In this document: positions 59,158 through 64,000 of the stretch, piece after piece
Position numbering within the stretch: the first letter of the stretch is position 1
Layout of the letters: every line of letters starts with the position of its first letter
DNA from: Nemertoderma westbladi
Lineage: Eukaryota > Animalia > Xenacoelomorpha
Length of the DNA: 64,000 nucleotides
Assembly: GCA_032718475.1 (NCBI GenBank)
Contig: JAUCBJ010002007.1
Coordinates: 58,835 to 122,834 of the forward strand
Reading direction: 5' to 3'
The notes under the pieces: model-generated
What the model was told of the DNA's origin: nothing
Database searches by the model: none
Seen by the model: the letters and a program-made list of their open reading frames with translations, nothing else
Program-made: the position numbers and the translations under genes

Positions 59158-62100
59158 ATCCGTAACACTACTCAGACAGTAGTCATGATCCATTGTTGAT
59201 TATAAAACTAATACAGTAATAGGCCTAAATTATGTGAAAGGTATATCCACATTTTCCACAATCCTGCAATCCAGTTTGGCCTATCAATTATTTAAAATTT
59301 ATTAGCACAACTGGTAGGCCTACCATTACCGTATTTAAATGGTAGGCTACACAGTAGGCCTATAGCAGTACCGGTGCCGGTACCGGTACTAAAATACAGA
59401 TACACCTGCTTTATACCTACATCTGTACATACAGTACAATACAGCAAAATAGTGCTATATATACTAATACCGGTACTGATAGCCTGAGAGAACAGCAGTA
59501 GAGAAACCGGTAGCATGGAACCTAACATTAGACTTTTGGAGGACATAAAAAATGAAAAAAAAGGACAAAAAAAGGATTTAAACGGACAATAAAAATTATT
59601 GCGCTTAAAAAGGGGTAAGTGGTCAACTTAGAAAACCTCATTTTGAATACTCAATACGAAAATTCAGCCAGATATATCAAAAAATGTTCAAGGGTGACCA
59701 TATTTGGGTGTGCCTATATTCGGGTGTTGACGGTAGTTTAAGAACTTCCTAGGAATTATATTTTCTAAAACTGTGCTCAATTAAGAGTTGCCCGAACTTG
59801 GTCAATTTTGTGGTCAAATCTGGGTTACGTAGCCACAAATCGGCAATTCAAATTGGCAATTCCCGGCATTTTTAAACTCTTATAGTTTAAAAATCGTGCT
59901 GATTATAAATATATTGAGTGTAGCAATTGTAAACGCATTAATTTCCGTAGGTAGCAAATTTTTATAATGGTACATCATATTAAAAATTGCATTATTGTTG
60001 TATTATTTGACCATTTTGAAATTCCCTCTATCAGTCCATTTGAATATTATACACACACCCAACCACTGGTACAACTCTAGCCAATAACAGATAGTTTGTA
60101 TCTTCAGATCCTAGCAGCGGGGACACTTCTTGTAGTGTGAGGCAAGGATAATGAAATCACAGCTGGCTGTGTGGTATCATTGTTTTACTACTGCTGCTAG
60201 CATCAACTTTGCGGCCTTGTGTACTGGCACTGTTCTGCTGCTAGGCCTAGCAATAGTGTTGGAATTTCTATTACTGGTCTGCAGCACCACTGGAATGCCT
60301 GCTGCAGTAGGCTACCGCCACCCGTACTTCCACAGGCTTTACTGCCACACACTTTATACCATGCACTTCTATTCTAGGCATGTCTGCATGTTATCAGGTT
60401 CTGTACAGCTGTACTGTTGTTGTATAATTGGGCCTATTTCATTTATTATTTTTTAATTTTTAGTTAGCCTAATACTGTGATTGAACTAGGCCTAGCATTT
60501 TTGTTTACTCATGTCAACTGTTCTTTCAGTAACAAATCCAGTACCCAGTTGGCTAGTAACCTCAGGATTTTAGTAAACTCAGGAGTCTGACTTCCCTCTG
60601 ATCTAAGTTCCAACTACAGACCTACCTACCTACTGCTTATTTTATACAATCTGCAATCTGCCTGCATTATACTGCAGTTCTAAACTTCGAGTTTGGAAGT
60701 TGTAATCCTTATATCCGAGGATCCATATGAGGTGAGGATAGCTTGCAGCTTATCCTAACGAATCGTCTCCTGTGTAGAGATGACTGCTGAGTCTTCAACA
60801 TTGACGACACAAACTGGAACTGGGTGCCAGCACGTTTGCGATGACGTTCACATTAATCTCTGGATGGTCATGGTCTAGGGAGGGTCGCACCGGATCTCTA
60901 TCATTGCGACTTCCGGCCCTTGACAGCTTGACCTCATTTCACCGAATCGATGTTGAAAGATGCAAAAGCGCGCCTACTGGTCATGCTCGAATCCAGTGAG
61001 AAAACTAATGGTAGTTCCAATGGCATTGTATGTAAGAAGGACTTAGCTAAAAGCAAACATGCAGATGAAACTAAAGAAACTTCATGGTATCAGTAGGATT
61101 ACAGCACGTGGTTTATGGTACTTGCACTTGCAAGGGTTACTGGCTGAAATCTGAGGCTTTAGATCAGTGGCATGAAATACAAAGTGCAAAACTTCCATGG
61201 GTCAACTGCAGTACATCAATTCAGTGCAACAGCAAGCGATGAGTTATTATGGGTTGCGTTCTGGAGCGAGTTGGGATCCCCAGTTTAAATTCGTGAGTGT
61301 TTCGGTGTCTATCAGTCGACCAGACACGTTTTGGTTCGTTGAGTTTTTAACTTTCATGTCTTCGTTTCATCCAAACCGCATCCGGGTAGGGATACCACAC
61401 AATCGCTATATTTAATGCTTTTTTATTTTGTTATTGTCTATCAATTGACAATATATAGACTGTGCCTATATACAGTTACTGTGTTAACATTTATGATGTC
61501 GTATTGTTTTAAATGTATGCCCATGTATTAAATTTGTGGTCCTAAATTGCCATGTGCAGAAATTATTTTATTAATTGAACAACTTGGCCAGATGCCAAAT
61601 AAACTACTGTACTATATAATGCCAGGACCTAATGTGCCCCCAAGACCTCATGACGCAGGCCAGGACGCAGGACCCAACGACCACTCACATGACCTACGAA
61701 GTTCGATTTTGTGTGTACCAGTGTGTGTACACGTACATTGTTGTACTCTATACACTAACACTCGATGGGAACAATATAAAAAATGTTTGTTGTATTATTG
61801 TTTTGTTATATTATGTCACATTCTGTTCTATAACAGTAGACTCTTGTTAGTTTATTAATATAAGATTAAAATATAATATTAAAATGCTGGTATAACCTTG
61901 ATGTAAAAGGGAGGCCAGGCAAAAATATATATGTTTTAATAGACATCCGCATCTGCATCCTGCATCCCACCCAAAAGAGGCAGAGGCAGACCAACATCAC
62001 ACCTCTACCGACGAAGGAGAGTAAAAGATCACTCATTGTTCAAATCAGGATAAGTTTGATCAAGCAATGCAACAAAACCTGTAAGTTAGAAAATGCATGG

Positions 62101-62399
62101 CACCAATATTCTCGAAATAATTACAAAGTCTACATTTATTTTGCATGAGATACTAACTACCTGTCGCTAACCACAACAAACGTAACTGTATATAGTACCG
62201 TAGTCTGTCGTATTCACCCAAATACGGCAGTATAAATCTGGGTTCAGAGAACGTGTACATATTGACAGGCAGCAATCCCCTGACACAGTACCAAGCATGT
62301 GTTTGATATAAATATTAGAAATTGAGAGGAGTTGTCGCGCCCGGGTTACTGTTGAAATCATAATGATAGATAAGGGGAGACTGACCGTCAAGTAACCAA

Positions 62400-63209
62400 A
62401 ATTGACAAATTGAGCAATATTTCGGCCACAGGCCTTTTACTAGCTCGCCGACTCAGTAACAAACAATAATACAGAAACACAACCGGTATGTATGTGCTGA
62501 AGGCTGTACCGTATGATCCAAGGTCTAGGCCTAGCTACAGTAGCTGCTCCAATGTGTGTTGGGGTTGCGGCGGGCATCTACTGTAGGTAGTTCCTACACC
62601 CAATAAAACTACACAATAATCTACAAAGTTACAAATAAATTGCAAATAATTTCAAACACTAAATAAATTGCACCATAATCAGTAATCAATCATTCACCAC
62701 CCTGCGTCATGTTCCCTAACGTGCTGCGTATTCATGGTTGGTGTGTTGTGTGCTATGTGTACTTTCTCAGTGAGTTTTTGGTCAACGTAGTCTCTTGCTT
62801 TCTTGACTATGGATACTGTTACTGGGTGTTGGGTTTGTGCTAAGTCAGGGTGATGTGTAACGAAGTGTGCGCCTACGCCACTTTCGTTCTTAGGGTTCCC
62901 GTTACGGATTGCATTCCTATGGGACATTACCCGCCCACGCACCCAGTCATATGACTCTCCGATGTAGTCCGCACCACAACTGGTGCAGGCTACCTTGTAG
63001 ACCACATTCCTGGTGGTGCACTTACGGACGCCGTGCCCACAGGTGTAGCATTCCGCGTTCTTAGGTCCTGGGCATGTTGGGGGGTCGATGTTAGTTTTTA
63101 TTATTTTTTTTTTTTATTATTTATTTTATTATGGTGCAATTTATTTAGTGTTTGAAATTATTTGCAATTTATTTGTAACTTTGTAGATTATTGTGTAGTT
63201 TTATTGGGT
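62400..63209 (-). mobile_element. 5'-truncated Penelope-like element with inverted terminal segment
   Basis: GIY-YIG coding fragment flanked by an 82-bp perfect inverted repeat (62598-62679 / 63128-63209). Confidence 0.75.
62694..63085 (-). pseudogene. GIY-YIG endonuclease domain with Cys linker
   Basis: ECYTC......CTTRNVVYKVACTSCGADYIGES....RGRVMSH...AHF...E..HI.....MN. Confidence 0.85.
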
Positions 63210-63229
63210 ATCCCGATTCCCTAGAAGCG

Positions 63230-63717
63230 CTAACACCCGCGGCCACTTCCTACTGAAGAAACCCTGTAGCCATGCTCCCACGATCGGAGATTGCACAGAC
63301 GGAGACGAGTACTGCCGTCGAACCTGGCAACTTATGCAGTTGCTATCCCGTCGTTTCGCTGACCATTTCGAGAAACATTATCTGCCCACGCTACAACTTC
63401 GAACTAAGTGGTTTGCGCAACAAGAAAACGTCAGCGCCGGAGATATGGTGCTTATTGTAGATCCAGACCTCCCACGTAAACGGTGGCAGACAGGTCGTAT
63501 CATCGAGACACACATTTCAGATGATGGTTTAGTACGCTCAGTAGAACTCATCGTCATGCGGCGTAACTTCAAGAAGCCAGGCATCATCTTTGAGACGCAA
63601 CAACTCAATCGCCCAGTTGGTCGTTTATGTTTACTGAAAGAGACAGAGAACTCTCTGGAAACTATGGAAGGCAAGACATTCTTCCACGACCACCTCCCTA
63701 ATTCCTCAAACATCTAG
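63230..63717 (+). pseudogene. BEL/Pao integrase C-terminal (DUF5641-like) fragment
   Basis: LTPAATSY-like start; HYLPTLQLRTKW; GDMVLI; PRKRWQTGRI....SDDGLVRSVEL; RPVGRLCLL. Confidence 0.88.
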
Positions 63718-63748
63718 GGACTCCCTAACGTGATACGTCTGGAGTGGG

Positions 63749-63993
63749 TGTATGACTATATTATTTTATCTATTTGTTATATTTTTATATGTGAACTTTA
63801 TTATGTACTTTATTATAATCGTTTTTATTCAATTTTATTAGTAGAATGTTATTTTAGTGATTATTTAGTAGATTAGTGCAATATATTAGTGTTTATTACG
63901 TACGTAATTACTTATAATATATTTAGTGCGACGGTGAGAAATATTTTTTCTCTTTCCTTACTGTCCGTATCATATTATAACAACGTGACTACA
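63749..63993 (+). repeat. Candidate 3' LTR of the second BEL/Pao element
   Basis: Follows the purine tract GGAGTGGG; TGTA...TACA ends; no partner LTR in the window, so the right edge is tentative. Confidence 0.5.
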
Positions 63994-64000
63994 GTAAGAT

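Larger units (their letters stand above)
53187..59733 (-). mobile_element. pogo-family (DD35D-spaced) DNA transposon, 6.5 kb including insertions
   Basis: TA|CCGTCAACACCC(A/G)AATAT(G/A)GGCA TIR at both ends with TA TSDs. Confidence 0.92.

Noticed and set aside
59760-62390. Short ORFs suggesting a host gene
   Set aside because: No domain motifs or consistent exon chain could be supported.

Overview
This is AT-rich eukaryotic (most likely invertebrate animal) DNA made almost entirely of nested transposable elements; I found no host protein-coding gene and no prokaryotic features. The centrepiece is a young, ~12.2 kb BEL/Pao LTR retrotransposon on the minus strand (14301-26528). It has an intact gag-pol core, a very long low-complexity N-terminal extension, and a 19-unit hairpin-core tandem array downstream of pol. 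After the array comes an extra ORF resembling a WRN/EXD2-type DEDD 3'-5' exonuclease, in the position normally used by env. The element lacks a canonical tRNA primer-binding site, and its 5' LTR is cut to 81 bp right at the apparent target-site duplication. Other elements delimited by terminal inverted repeats (TIRs) and target-site duplications (TSDs) are: a two-gene Harbinger (2026-6924), an apparently intact hATm-type element (40338-43734), three piggyBac-type elements, two Kolobok-like TTAA elements, a pogo DD35D element carrying a 68-bp satellite, and several MITEs. There are also fragments of hAT, IS3EU-like integrase plus HECT, CRE, RTE and other LINEs, a Penelope-like element, two tRNA-derived SINEs, and a second BEL 3' end. 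All family calls rest on motif recognition by eye; no database search was run.
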